Positions 1 to 8,799 of a stretch of 64,000 nt of DNA are shown in pieces. This stretch comes from a virus. How positions within the stretch are numbered: position 1 is the first letter of the stretch; each line of letters begins with the position of its first letter. Position numbers and translations under genes: made by a program. The notes beneath the pieces are model-generated. The model ran no database searches. It was given only the letters and a program-made list of their open reading frames with translations, and was not told the DNA's origin. The stretch spans positions 24,303 to 88,302 of IMG/VR virus record IMGVR_UViG_3300000553_000014; one strand, 5' to 3'.

Positions 1-1
1 A

Positions 2-2137
2 GATTTATTAAATATTTCAAAACCAAAGAAAATTCGTGAAGATATTCAAAATGCTTTAATTGATAATAAAATCTTTTTAGAAAAAGCTGAAAAAACTTTG
101 GAAGAAAAAGATATTGAATTAATTAAAACTCTTGAAGAAGAAAATATTGCAAAAACTTTAGTTAAAAAAATTAACACTGAATTACTTTCCATAGGTAATA
201 TTCCAGAATTAATGGAAAATAAACAACAAGAAATTAATTTAATTATTGAAAAAATTGAAAATTTTGGAGATATTGAAGAAAAAAAGAAATTAATCGAATT
301 TGTAGAAATTAAACCAAAATTAAATGAATTATTAATATCTAATTTTGAAGAAAATATTAAATATAATGATAATTCTATTAATGATGAAATTGAAATTAAA
401 ACCGAATTTGAAAGAGAATTAAAAATACTTAATGAAGTTAAAATTCCTGAAATTATTTCAAATGCAAAAGAATTAATTAATTCTGATTTAAAAACATTAA
501 CTGAAGAATTTAATCAATTAATTAAAGATAAAAAAGATAAATATAATGAAATTCTTGTAATAATTGATTCAAAAGTTCAAGCACTTACAGATAAAAAAAT
601 AAAAACCGATGAAGAAATAAATGATTATAATACAAATATTGGAGTTTTAACAACAGAAATTTCAATATTAAAAATAAAATTTGAAGATATTAATAAAGAA
701 ATAATTTCAGGAGTTTGTGATAAATGTAAAAGACCTTTTGGAACAAAAGAATCTTGGGATATTCATTTAAAAGAACTTGAAGAAAATAAAATAAAAATAA
801 CTAAAGAAAAATCTGAAAAAGAAAAAGAAAAAGAAATTATTGATATTGAATACACAGCAAGAAAAACTTTATTATCAAAAATTACATCAGCTCAATTATT
901 ATTGAAATATGTAAGAGATTCAGCTTTACAAGAAAATAATACTTTATTTGAACATCCTTCTTTAGTAAAATCAGAAAATGTTCAATCAATTAAACCATTA
1001 ATTGATGAAATTGAATTAAAAATTAATAAAAATCAAAAAGAACAAAAAGAATTTAACAAAAAATTATCTAATTTATATTATATTGAAAAAATACAATATA
1101 ATAAATATGAAGAATGCAAAGAATTAATTAAAGAAAATAATGATAAAATATTTTGGGAAAGTATTGATTATATTATTATTGACCATAAAGCTTTAAATTT
1201 AAAAATTAAAGAATGTCAAGATAGAATTGATAAATATAATTCAAATATTCAAGATTCTAAAGATTTAATTAAATCACTTAATGATGAACATATAACAGCT
1301 TTAGAAAAATATCAAGAACTTTTTAATGCAAATATCTTAGCAAATAAAGAAATTCAAAAATATAATGATTCAATTGAATCATTTAAAAATGAAAAACTTA
1401 ATTTAGAAAAAGATAAAATTCGTTTAGAAAAAGAATATTTACTTTTAGAAAATCAAACAGAAAATTATAATTCAATTAATTTAAAATTAAAAACAGCTGA
1501 AGAAAATGAAACATTAATAACAAAAAATGTTAATAATATAAAATCTGAACAAACACAACTTAAACTTAATATTGTTGAATTTAAAAATCAAAAAGAAAAA
1601 ATAAATATTGAATATAAAGATTATTTGAAATATATTAAAAATAATTTAATTTGGAAAATTTATTCAAAATTAATTAAAAATAATTTCAAAGAAATTGTAT
1701 TTGAATATTATCGTAATTTTTTAAACAATACATTAAATTATTTATTAGAAGATGTTAATTTCAAATTATTTTGGAATAAAGATTCTGAATTAATTCATCT
1801 TTCTTATAAAGATGGAAAATGTACTTTTCAACCTGTTCAACAATCTTCTGGAATGGAAACATGTTTTCTTGGATTAAGTTTAATTTATACTATGCACTTA
1901 CTTAATGTAAAAAATACTGTTTCACATTTATTTATTGATGAAATTTCAGGTACTTTAAATTCGGGTAAAGAATTAACTTATGAAGCTAAAAATTATAAAG
2001 AATTATTAGTTATTTTATTATCTAAATTTAATGATAAAAGTGTTTTCATAATTGACCATAATATAGATAATTTATTTGAAACAACAACTTATGAAGTTAG
2101 ACCAGAAGAATCTGGTTCTAAATATTTTCAATTATAA
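2..2137 (+). CDS. Rad50/SbcC/gp46-like recombination ATPase (5'-truncated by window edge)
   Basis: Frame is open from base 2. Long coiled coil with a CxxC zinc hook (CDKC), ABC signature SSGMET, Walker B LFIDE and H-loop IIDH. Confidence 0.9.
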   Translation, partial: DLLNISKPKKIREDIQNALIDNKIFLEKAEKTLEEKDIELIKTLEEENIAKTLVKKINTELLSIGNIPELMENKQQEINLIIEKIENFGDIEEKKKLIEFVEIKPKLNELLISNFEENIKYNDNSINDEIEIKTEFERELKILNEVKIPEIISNAKELINSDLKTLTEEFNQLIKDKKDKYNEILVIIDSKVQALTDKKIKTDEEINDYNTNIGVLTTEISILKIKFEDINKEIISGVCDKCKRPFGTKESWDIHLKELEENKIKITKEKSEKEKEKEIIDIEYTARKTLLSKITSAQLLLKYVRDSALQENNTLFEHPSLVKSENVQSIKPLIDEIELKINKNQKEQKEFNKKLSNLYYIEKIQYNKYEECKELIKENNDKIFWESIDYIIIDHKALNLKIKECQDRIDKYNSNIQDSKDLIKSLNDEHITALEKYQELFNANILANKEIQKYNDSIESFKNEKLNLEKDKIRLEKEYLLLENQTENYNSINLKLKTAEENETLITKNVNNIKSEQTQLKLNIVEFKNQKEKINIEYKDYLKYIKNNLIWKIYSKLIKNNFKEIVFEYYRNFLNNTLNYLLEDVNFKLFWNKDSELIHLSYKDGKCTFQPVQQSSGMETCFLGLSLIYTMHLLNVKNTVSHLFIDEISGTLNSGKELTYEAKNYKELLVILLSKFNDKSVFIIDHNIDNLFETTTYEVRPEESGSKYFQL

Positions 2138-2156
2138 CAAATAATACAAATTTTAT

Positions 2157-2789
2157 ATGGAACAAGAAAATAATAAAATGAATAATTTTAGAAATGAACT
2201 TGAAATTCTTATTAATAAATATTCATTAGAAAATGGAAGTAATACTCCTGATTTTATTTTGGCACATTTTTTAACTGATTGTTTAAAAGCATTTGATGGA
2301 GCTTCAGAAGCTAAACGTAAATATTATGGGCAAGCACAAGAAGGAACAATTTATCATGAATTACATAAAAAATTTATGGAACATATTCCAGAATCATTAA
2401 AATTAAATGAATGTGGAACAAATGATAATAATTTAGAAAAAATTGTCATAACAACAGGTATTCCTGCAGGTTGTGGATTTACTGGTCAAAGTCATTCAGT
2501 TTTTGTTGAAAAAATGACAACAAATATTGCTCCAATTGAATCAACTGATATTCCTGAAATTACAATGATTAAAAAAATTCCTGATGTAATTTGTCATGAA
2601 TCAACAAATGAAATTTGTCAAACTTGTCCTGAAATAATAAATTGTACTGAATGTTTTCCAAATATTGAAAATTGTCAAGTAAAAAAATTTGAAGAATTAA
2701 ATAAAATTGAAAATTCTTTTGAAAAAGATTCAATTTGTAAATTTTGTAAAAACAATCCATGTATTTGTGAAGATGATTTACCATTTTAG
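2157..2789 (+). CDS. hypothetical phage protein, Cys-rich C-terminus ending in DDLPF
   Basis: ORF track. N-terminal LINKYSLENGSNTPDFILA block and Cys clusters. Confidence 0.7.
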   Translation: MEQENNKMNNFRNELEILINKYSLENGSNTPDFILAHFLTDCLKAFDGASEAKRKYYGQAQEGTIYHELHKKFMEHIPESLKLNECGTNDNNLEKIVITTGIPAGCGFTGQSHSVFVEKMTTNIAPIESTDIPEITMIKKIPDVICHESTNEICQTCPEIINCTECFPNIENCQVKKFEELNKIENSFEKDSICKFCKNNPCICEDDLPF

Positions 2790-2796
2790 TTTTGAA

Positions 2797-2826
2797 TGCT
2801 CATTTTATTATAAATTAATGGATATA
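2797..2826 (+). promoter_or_regulatory. phage promoter motif copy 1 (TGCTCA-N16-TGGATATA)
   Basis: Intergenic copy of a 19-copy bipartite motif with a 16-bp spacer, upstream of a start codon. Confidence 0.8.
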
Positions 2827-2857
2827 AAAATTTAATAAGTAATTTAAAAATATTTTT

Positions 2858-3088
2858 ATGGAAAATTCAGATAAAATTGAATTAACTAAACATAATCAAA
2901 GAAAAATTGAATTTGGTGTTGGTTGTCATACAATTAATAAACCAGGAATGATTGTTGGAGAAGGTTCAAAAATACCTATAGGTATTTATGGACAATGTAT
3001 TGAATGTGGAAAAACTCATACAAATTATTCAAATTATTGTAATACGTGTACAGCAAAAAATTTTAATAATATAATTCTAAATAAATAA
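2858..3088 (+). CDS. hypothetical protein with Zn-finger-like CxxC pairs
   Basis: ORF directly after promoter motif. CIEC...CNTC. Confidence 0.65.
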   Translation: MENSDKIELTKHNQRKIEFGVGCHTINKPGMIVGEGSKIPIGIYGQCIECGKTHTNYSNYCNTCTAKNFNNIILNK

Positions 3089-3090
3089 TT

Positions 3091-3390
3091 ATGATAACAA
3101 TTGACAAAAAAACTGTTGTAATTGAATTTGGCAAAAATGGAATGGGAGCAGTATCTTTACAAAGTAAAAATACAAGTAATTATGGTGGAGATGATGGAAA
3201 TATTTTAACTATTCGAGATTTAGAAGAAGCAGTTAAAATTGGTGAAAATCCTGAAAAAGATTCTCCTGATTTACCTAAAGTTGTTTTAACTTTTTATGAC
3301 GAAAAATCTATTGATGTTGTAATTGAAAATTTAAAACGTATTAAACAAAATTTAAAATTTCCACAAGGAAGTTTTGCTTTAGCTTGTTAA
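3091..3390 (+). CDS. hypothetical protein
   Basis: ORF track, operon-like spacing. Confidence 0.7.
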   Translation: MITIDKKTVVIEFGKNGMGAVSLQSKNTSNYGGDDGNILTIRDLEEAVKIGENPEKDSPDLPKVVLTFYDEKSIDVVIENLKRIKQNLKFPQGSFALAC

Positions 3391-3394
3391 AATT

Positions 3395-4189
3395 ATGGAA
3401 GATATATTAACAATAATTCCAATTACAAAAAGACAACTTATTTTAGAAGAAGCTTATGATGTAATTGAAAATAATTTAGAATTAAATTCATTAGATGCAA
3501 TATTTGATAATTCAGTAACTTTAAAAATGTTAGAAAATTATAGAAATAATGGTTTTGTTATTACTGAAAATAAAAATGTTTTTCTTGATTATTTTCCTGA
3601 ATTAAAATGTCATGATTTTTTAGCTAAAGGTAAATCAGCACTTAAAGTTATAAATTATGCAATACAATATAATATAAATACTTTAGATAATAAAGCAACA
3701 TTTGAATATGCTAACATAATGAAAAAATTAAATTTGTCAAATTATGTTACAAAATATTTAGATATATTAATTGTTGAAATTCCATTAAATGCAAGTGAAT
3801 TTGTTGTTAATGTTAATAATGAAACAAAAGAATTTGAATTAGAATTTCGAATTGAAGAAGATTCAATGCCAAGATTTGTTCATTTAAAAACTGATAATGA
3901 ATTACAAATAATTGGCAAATTTTCTGAATTATGGAAAAATAATCAAATTATTTGGGAAGATATTTTACAAAATAAAAATTATTTTTATAATGAATTTGGA
4001 GATTTTGTTAAAAAAGCAAAACTTAATTGTCAAGCATATTATCAAAAACATAAAAGTACTTTTGAAATTTCAGATAAATTTAAAACATTACCAGAAGATT
4101 TTTTATTATTAAAAATTGGAGAAAAATCAAATGTTTTTGATAGATTTATTGAATTTGAAAATGAAGGAATAATTAATGATAATGCCTAA
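3395..4189 (+). CDS. hypothetical protein
   Basis: 264-aa ORF, tight packing. Confidence 0.75.
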   Translation: MEDILTIIPITKRQLILEEAYDVIENNLELNSLDAIFDNSVTLKMLENYRNNGFVITENKNVFLDYFPELKCHDFLAKGKSALKVINYAIQYNINTLDNKATFEYANIMKKLNLSNYVTKYLDILIVEIPLNASEFVVNVNNETKEFELEFRIEEDSMPRFVHLKTDNELQIIGKFSELWKNNQIIWEDILQNKNYFYNEFGDFVKKAKLNCQAYYQKHKSTFEISDKFKTLPEDFLLLKIGEKSNVFDRFIEFENEGIINDNA

Positions 4190-4526
4190 TCAAATTGTTA
4201 ATGCACATTTTAATAAATATGATGTTTATATTGGAAGACCTTCAAAATGGGGTAATCCATATTCACATTTAAAAATTAAAGGAACAATTAAAGTTAAAAC
4301 TCGAAAAGAAGCAATCCTTAAATATATTGAATATATTACAAAAGGTTCAGGAAAACCTTTGTTAAAAGATTTATCTGAACTTGAAGGAAAAATATTAGGA
4401 TGTTGGTGTTATCCACAAAGATGTCATGGAGAAGTTTTAATCAAATTATTGGAATTAAAAAAACAAAATGAATTTAGAACAAATAATCAAACGAATAAAG
4501 ACAATAAAAACAACAATTCAATTTGA
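4176..4526 (+). CDS. DUF4326 domain protein
   Basis: Motifs YDVYIGRPSKWGNPY and LEGKILGCWCYPQRCHGEVL. Confidence 0.85.
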   Translation: MIMPNQIVNAHFNKYDVYIGRPSKWGNPYSHLKIKGTIKVKTRKEAILKYIEYITKGSGKPLLKDLSELEGKILGCWCYPQRCHGEVLIKLLELKKQNEFRTNNQTNKDNKNNNSI

Positions 4527-4860
4527 TAATGATAAAGAAATTGAAATAATTATTGATAATTATGATATGTTAAATCATCCTGGTTTAAATATTCAAACTA
4601 TTAATACATTATTGGGTAGAATGATTGGAAATCCAATTGAAACTTATTGTGAAGAAAATCCAATTGAAACTGAAATGCAAAAAGCATTAAATTCAAGAGA
4701 ATATAAATTATCAAGTTATACATTTGTTGATACTAAAGAAAATACTATAGGTATTTCATTATATGAAGTTAATTCAATGAAATCAAAATATTTTGAATAT
4801 CAAACTTATGCAGATGCTTATGATGATTTAGAATTTTGTAAAAAGAAATTTAATTATTAA
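4468..4860 (+). CDS. hypothetical protein
   Basis: 130-aa ORF overlapping the tail of the previous gene. Confidence 0.65.
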   Translation: MNLEQIIKRIKTIKTTIQFDNDKEIEIIIDNYDMLNHPGLNIQTINTLLGRMIGNPIETYCEENPIETEMQKALNSREYKLSSYTFVDTKENTIGISLYEVNSMKSKYFEYQTYADAYDDLEFCKKKFNY

Positions 4861-4905
4861 TGAAAATAAAAATATTTTGGAAGTGGATAATTAGGTAAAA
4901 CTGAT

Positions 4906-4935
4906 TGTCCATTTTTATTTTAAATAATGGATATA
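4906..4935 (+). promoter_or_regulatory. phage promoter motif copy 2 (TGTCCA-N16-TGGATATA)
   Basis: Intergenic motif copy. Confidence 0.8.
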
Positions 4936-4965
4936 ATAATTAATAATAATTAATATTTACAAATT

Positions 4966-5151
4966 ATGAGTGTTGATTTAGAAGTTAATGAAAGATTACG
5001 AAAAGCAAGAGCTTGTTTATCTAAAGCATATAATGAATTAAATATCGTTCTTAATGAAAATACTCAAGGACATGAAAATTTAACATCTCAACATCTTGAA
5101 GAAATTCAACAAGTTTCAATTGAATTAATCAAATTAAGAAAAAGAATATGA
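4966..5151 (+). CDS. hypothetical protein
   Basis: ORF after promoter motif. Confidence 0.65.
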   Translation: MSVDLEVNERLRKARACLSKAYNELNIVLNENTQGHENLTSQHLEEIQQVSIELIKLRKRI

Positions 5152-5429
5152 ATGTTTTAGGAACTATTGAAAAATTAAATGAGAAATTAGTATTTTTACC
5201 AAAATTAGATATTGATATATTTTTTGACATTTGTAAACCAAATGAACAACATATAAAAGAAAATTCTTTATATTTTCTTGATTTGGAAAATATTTCTGAT
5301 TTACAAGAAAATCAAATTATTTATTGTAAATTTATTTATCTTCCATTAGAATTTGTTAATGAAAATTGGAAATATGATGTTAAAATACAAATTCTTGATA
5401 AAAATGGACAAAAATATTTGAAAGAATGA
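5148..5429 (+). CDS. hypothetical protein
   Basis: ATGA overlaps with both neighbours. Confidence 0.7.
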   Translation: MNVLGTIEKLNEKLVFLPKLDIDIFFDICKPNEQHIKENSLYFLDLENISDLQENQIIYCKFIYLPLEFVNENWKYDVKIQILDKNGQKYLKE

Positions 5430-5905
5430 TAACCGAATTTAAAGAAGAATATTGTTGGTTAAGTAATTTTCATCCTTGTAAAATAATTCTTAATAATTTA
5501 GAATATCCTTCAGTTGAACATGCTTATCAATCTGCCAAATCAAATGATATTGAATGGAAAAAATATTGTCAAAATTCAAATAATTATGCTGGCAAAATTA
5601 AAATAAATTCAAAAAATATTATTAAACATAAAGATTGGGAAGACCATAAAATTACAATAATGTATTTATGTTTAATTCAAAAATTTGAACAAGAACCTTT
5701 TAAAACAAAATTAATTCAAACTAAACATGAAAGAATTAAAGAAGGAAATAATTGGGGAGATAAATTTTGGGGAATTGATATTAAAACAAGTAGAGGTGAA
5801 AATGTTTTGGGTAGATTAATAGAAAAAATTCGAACAAAACTAATACAAGAAAAAAATGGAAAATCAAAAAATACAACAAAAGAAAAATTCAGTATTTCTG
5901 AATAA
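5426..5905 (+). CDS. NADAR (YbiA-like) family protein
   Basis: LSNF, YPSVEHAYQSAK, KF, EGNNWGDKFWG and GENVLGRLIEKIR motifs. Confidence 0.9.
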   Translation: MITEFKEEYCWLSNFHPCKIILNNLEYPSVEHAYQSAKSNDIEWKKYCQNSNNYAGKIKINSKNIIKHKDWEDHKITIMYLCLIQKFEQEPFKTKLIQTKHERIKEGNNWGDKFWGIDIKTSRGENVLGRLIEKIRTKLIQEKNGKSKNTTKEKFSISE

Positions 5906-6116
5906 ATCTTTAAATAAATATTATTTAACTGATTTAAAACTTCGTAAATTATGTGAATATAAATTTAATTTATTAAATAAAATTCAAATAATTTATAACC
6001 AAAATGAATTTAAACTTATTTATCCAGATAATTTTGATAAAATGTTAGAATATTTTGATAAATTAATTTCAAATCGTAAACAATTTTTATTAGAAAAATA
6101 TATAAATTTGAATTAA
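5856..6116 (+). CDS. hypothetical protein
   Basis: ORF track. Confidence 0.55.
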   Translation: MENQKIQQKKNSVFLNKSLNKYYLTDLKLRKLCEYKFNLLNKIQIIYNQNEFKLIYPDNFDKMLEYFDKLISNRKQFLLEKYINLN

Positions 6117-6118
6117 TT

Positions 6119-6331
6119 ATGATTAAAAAATTTATTAAATGGTTTTTAAAACCAGGAAAACAATATTCTTTTACTTTGCCTCATATATTTTATTATGGAT
6201 GTAATGATTATCATTGGATAAGATTTTATAAATATACTGGGCTAAGTTTTCTTTATGGAACAACAGTTAATTTTGAAAGTTTTTTTACAATTACTTTTGA
6301 TAAAAATAAAATTTTAATTGAAAAAAATTAA
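6119..6331 (+). CDS. hypothetical protein
   Basis: ORF track, tight spacing. Confidence 0.6.
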   Translation: MIKKFIKWFLKPGKQYSFTLPHIFYYGCNDYHWIRFYKYTGLSFLYGTTVNFESFFTITFDKNKILIEKN

Positions 6332-6333
6332 TT

Positions 6334-6606
6334 ATGAATTGTATAATAATAACATGTATAAAATGTATTAAAAGTTACGAACTTTATAAACAAGAACAAT
6401 GTGATAATTGTTCAAAATTTGAATGGATAATATTTAAAACTGAAGAACTTTGTAATGAAGAATACAAAAAACAATTTCCTGAGCAATTTAATGAAAAAGG
6501 AATTTATAAAGAAAATTTACCAAAATGTAATAAACCATTAGAAAATTGTCAAAAATTTTCAAATCATGGATTTAGTGCTTGTCCAGTTTGTCAAGAATAT
6601 TATTAA
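6334..6606 (+). CDS. Cys-rich hypothetical protein
   Basis: Several CxxC motifs. Confidence 0.6.
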   Translation: MNCIIITCIKCIKSYELYKQEQCDNCSKFEWIIFKTEELCNEEYKKQFPEQFNEKGIYKENLPKCNKPLENCQKFSNHGFSACPVCQEYY

Positions 6607-6619
6607 TATTAAATAAATT

Positions 6620-7150
6620 ATGGAAAAAACAAAAAATCAATATTTAGCTGAAAAAATAGTTGAATATTATAAATCAATTAGTTTTGAAAAATATAAAGAT
6701 ACTGAAATAGGATTAATTGAAGTTTTAGATTCATATAGTAAACAATATGATGAAAAATCTAAAAATGAAATTAAATTAGTTAAAAATATTTTGGGTCAAA
6801 ATTTAGAAGATGTTAATTTAGTTATAAATAATTCAGAATTAACTCAAGCACAAAGATGTTGTAAAGATTTTTTTGATATTGAAAAACATATTGCATTATT
6901 TAAAGAAAGAGAACATTATCGAGAAATTATTGCAGAACAATCTTATGATGTTGGAAGAAAAATTTGGCTTGAATTAGAAGTTGTTGATAAAGAAATGTCT
7001 CATTTTTTATTTAAATGGATGTATGGAAAATTTGAAGATATTTATAATATTCCTTTTGGTTGTAAATTACATGTAATATCTTGGGTTCCTCCTGGTGGTG
7101 AAGTTTTAAAAAATAAATTAATTGAGTTTTTAAATGAAAATTTCAAATAA
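6620..7150 (+). CDS. hypothetical protein
   Basis: 176-aa ORF. Confidence 0.75.
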   Translation: MEKTKNQYLAEKIVEYYKSISFEKYKDTEIGLIEVLDSYSKQYDEKSKNEIKLVKNILGQNLEDVNLVINNSELTQAQRCCKDFFDIEKHIALFKEREHYREIIAEQSYDVGRKIWLELEVVDKEMSHFLFKWMYGKFEDIYNIPFGCKLHVISWVPPGGEVLKNKLIEFLNENFK

Positions 7151-7153
7151 AAT

Positions 7154-7483
7154 ATGGAAGAAAAAATTAAAAAAAATCAAATTATATCTAATAATATTTT
7201 TCGTTATTTTATTAGAATACAATTTCCTGATATTAAAGACCAGTTAACAAATGATGATTTAGATGCTTTAAATGAAGGATTTAATGAATATTTGAATAAA
7301 ATACCTGAAGAAAAAAGAAATAATTTTTTACCAAATAAAGAAACTGATTTAATTGTAAATATAACTAATCCTTTATATTTTAATGGATTTCATCCAGCAT
7401 TTGTATTACATTTTACAGAATTTATTAAAACAGAACAAATGAGAATTGAATTGGAAGAAAATAAATCAGAAAATAAAAATTAA
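7154..7483 (+). CDS. hypothetical protein
   Basis: 109-aa ORF. Confidence 0.7.
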   Translation: MEEKIKKNQIISNNIFRYFIRIQFPDIKDQLTNDDLDALNEGFNEYLNKIPEEKRNNFLPNKETDLIVNITNPLYFNGFHPAFVLHFTEFIKTEQMRIELEENKSENKN

Positions 7484-7484
7484 T

Positions 7485-7843
7485 ATGATAAAATCAGATT
7501 TTAAAAAAGTTAATAAATTTTTGAAACAGTTAAATTCAACAGAATACCTTTATCTTAAACATACTATGGATGTTGTTGATATGATAAATATTCTTATCAA
7601 AAATATAAATATTCTAAAGAATTATTTTTAGAATATTTTAAAATAAATGAATTTGATTATTCTCATTTTATTTCAGGTGATTGGAATTATAAACTTAGTG
7701 ATATTACAACTTGTCAATTTTTATTAAATTATTTTACTCGTCGAACTTTTGAAATTGAAATGGCAACAAAAGAAGAAAATGAAGAAAAAATTAAAAAATG
7801 TACTGAATGTAATAATCCAAATTTAAATTGTTGTCAATGTTAA
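7485..7843 (+). pseudogene. frameshifted hypothetical gene
   Basis: The ORF from ATG 7485 stops at 7631, but the -1 frame is open from 7580 to 7843. One extra A in the run at 7599-7603 would join them. Confidence 0.55.
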
Positions 7844-7879
7844 TATATAATAATTATTAACATATTAAATAAATATTTT

Positions 7880-8269
7880 ATGGATTTTGGTTTAGATTTT
7901 GATGGTTCATGTGTAACAAATGATTACCCAAAAATTGGGCAAGATATTGGTGCAGTTCCAGTACTTAAAAAATTAATTGAAAATAATCATCGTTTAATTC
8001 TTTTTACTATAAGAAGTAATTTTAATGGGAAAACAGATTTAGATGCTGCTGTTGAATGGTTTAAAAATAATGATATTCCACTTTATGGAATAAATGAAAA
8101 TCCAACTCAAGCTAATTGGAACTCAAGTCCAAAAATCTTTGCAGATTTTTATATAGATGATTTAGCTGTTGGATGCCCTTTAAAACTTGATAGAAAATTA
8201 TCTTTAAATCCGTTTATTGATTGGAAAATAATGGAACAATGGTTAATTAACGCACAACTAATAAAATAA
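7880..8269 (+). CDS. HAD-superfamily hydrolase (BT0820-like)
   Basis: DFDG motif I, LILFTIR, and KIFADFYIDD motifs III/IV. Confidence 0.85.
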   Translation: MDFGLDFDGSCVTNDYPKIGQDIGAVPVLKKLIENNHRLILFTIRSNFNGKTDLDAAVEWFKNNDIPLYGINENPTQANWNSSPKIFADFYIDDLAVGCPLKLDRKLSLNPFIDWKIMEQWLINAQLIK

Positions 8270-8273
8270 TTTT

Positions 8274-8483
8274 ATGGAATTAAAAGCATTACCTTTAAAT
8301 ATTGAATATAATAATCTTAATGAAAATGAACCAGAACATCAACAAATTTGTATAGCTTCAAATGGAAAATTTAATTATATTCTTGGTTTATATGATAAAG
8401 ATACAAAACATTTTGTTAATGAAAGAGGTACTGTTCCAAAAGATTTTATATATTGGATAAATATGCCAACAAATAAAAAATAA
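8274..8483 (+). CDS. hypothetical protein
   Basis: ORF track. Confidence 0.6.
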   Translation: MELKALPLNIEYNNLNENEPEHQQICIASNGKFNYILGLYDKDTKHFVNERGTVPKDFIYWINMPTNKK

Positions 8484-8506
8484 ATAAATAAATTATTCAG
8501 AACTCT

Positions 8507-8558
8507 AAAGAAAAATGGGTTGAAATTTTTAAGTAAAAATTTCAACCCATTTTTCTTT
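8507..8558 (+). terminator. intrinsic terminator hairpin overlapping promoter copy 3
   Basis: aagaaaaatgggttgaaattttt / aaaaatttcaacccatttttctt inverted repeat. Confidence 0.7.
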
Positions 8559-8573
8559 GAGTTTTTGGATATA
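8544..8573 (+). promoter_or_regulatory. phage promoter motif copy 3 (AACCCA-N16-TGGATATA)
   Basis: Motif copy upstream of the membrane peptide and nrdJ. Confidence 0.7.
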
Positions 8574-8599
8574 TAACTTTAATTGTAAAATATTTTTAA

Positions 8600-8782
8600 A
8601 TGAAATTAATATCAAGTTTTATATTATTATTATTATTTTGGTGTTCTGTTTTTATTTTTATGATTTTAAATTTTATATTTGTTTTAATATTAAAATTATT
8701 AAAATTATTAGGGGACTATATTATTTTGATTTTAATTATATTGATAATAATAGTATTTTTTAAATATCATTTTAATTTGTAA
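8600..8782 (+). CDS. small two-TM membrane protein
   Basis: Two hydrophobic stretches, downstream of promoter motif. Confidence 0.5.
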   Translation: MKLISSFILLLLFWCSVFIFMILNFIFVLILKLLKLLGDYIILILIILIIIVFFKYHFNL

Positions 8783-8799
8783 ACAACTAATATTTTTAT

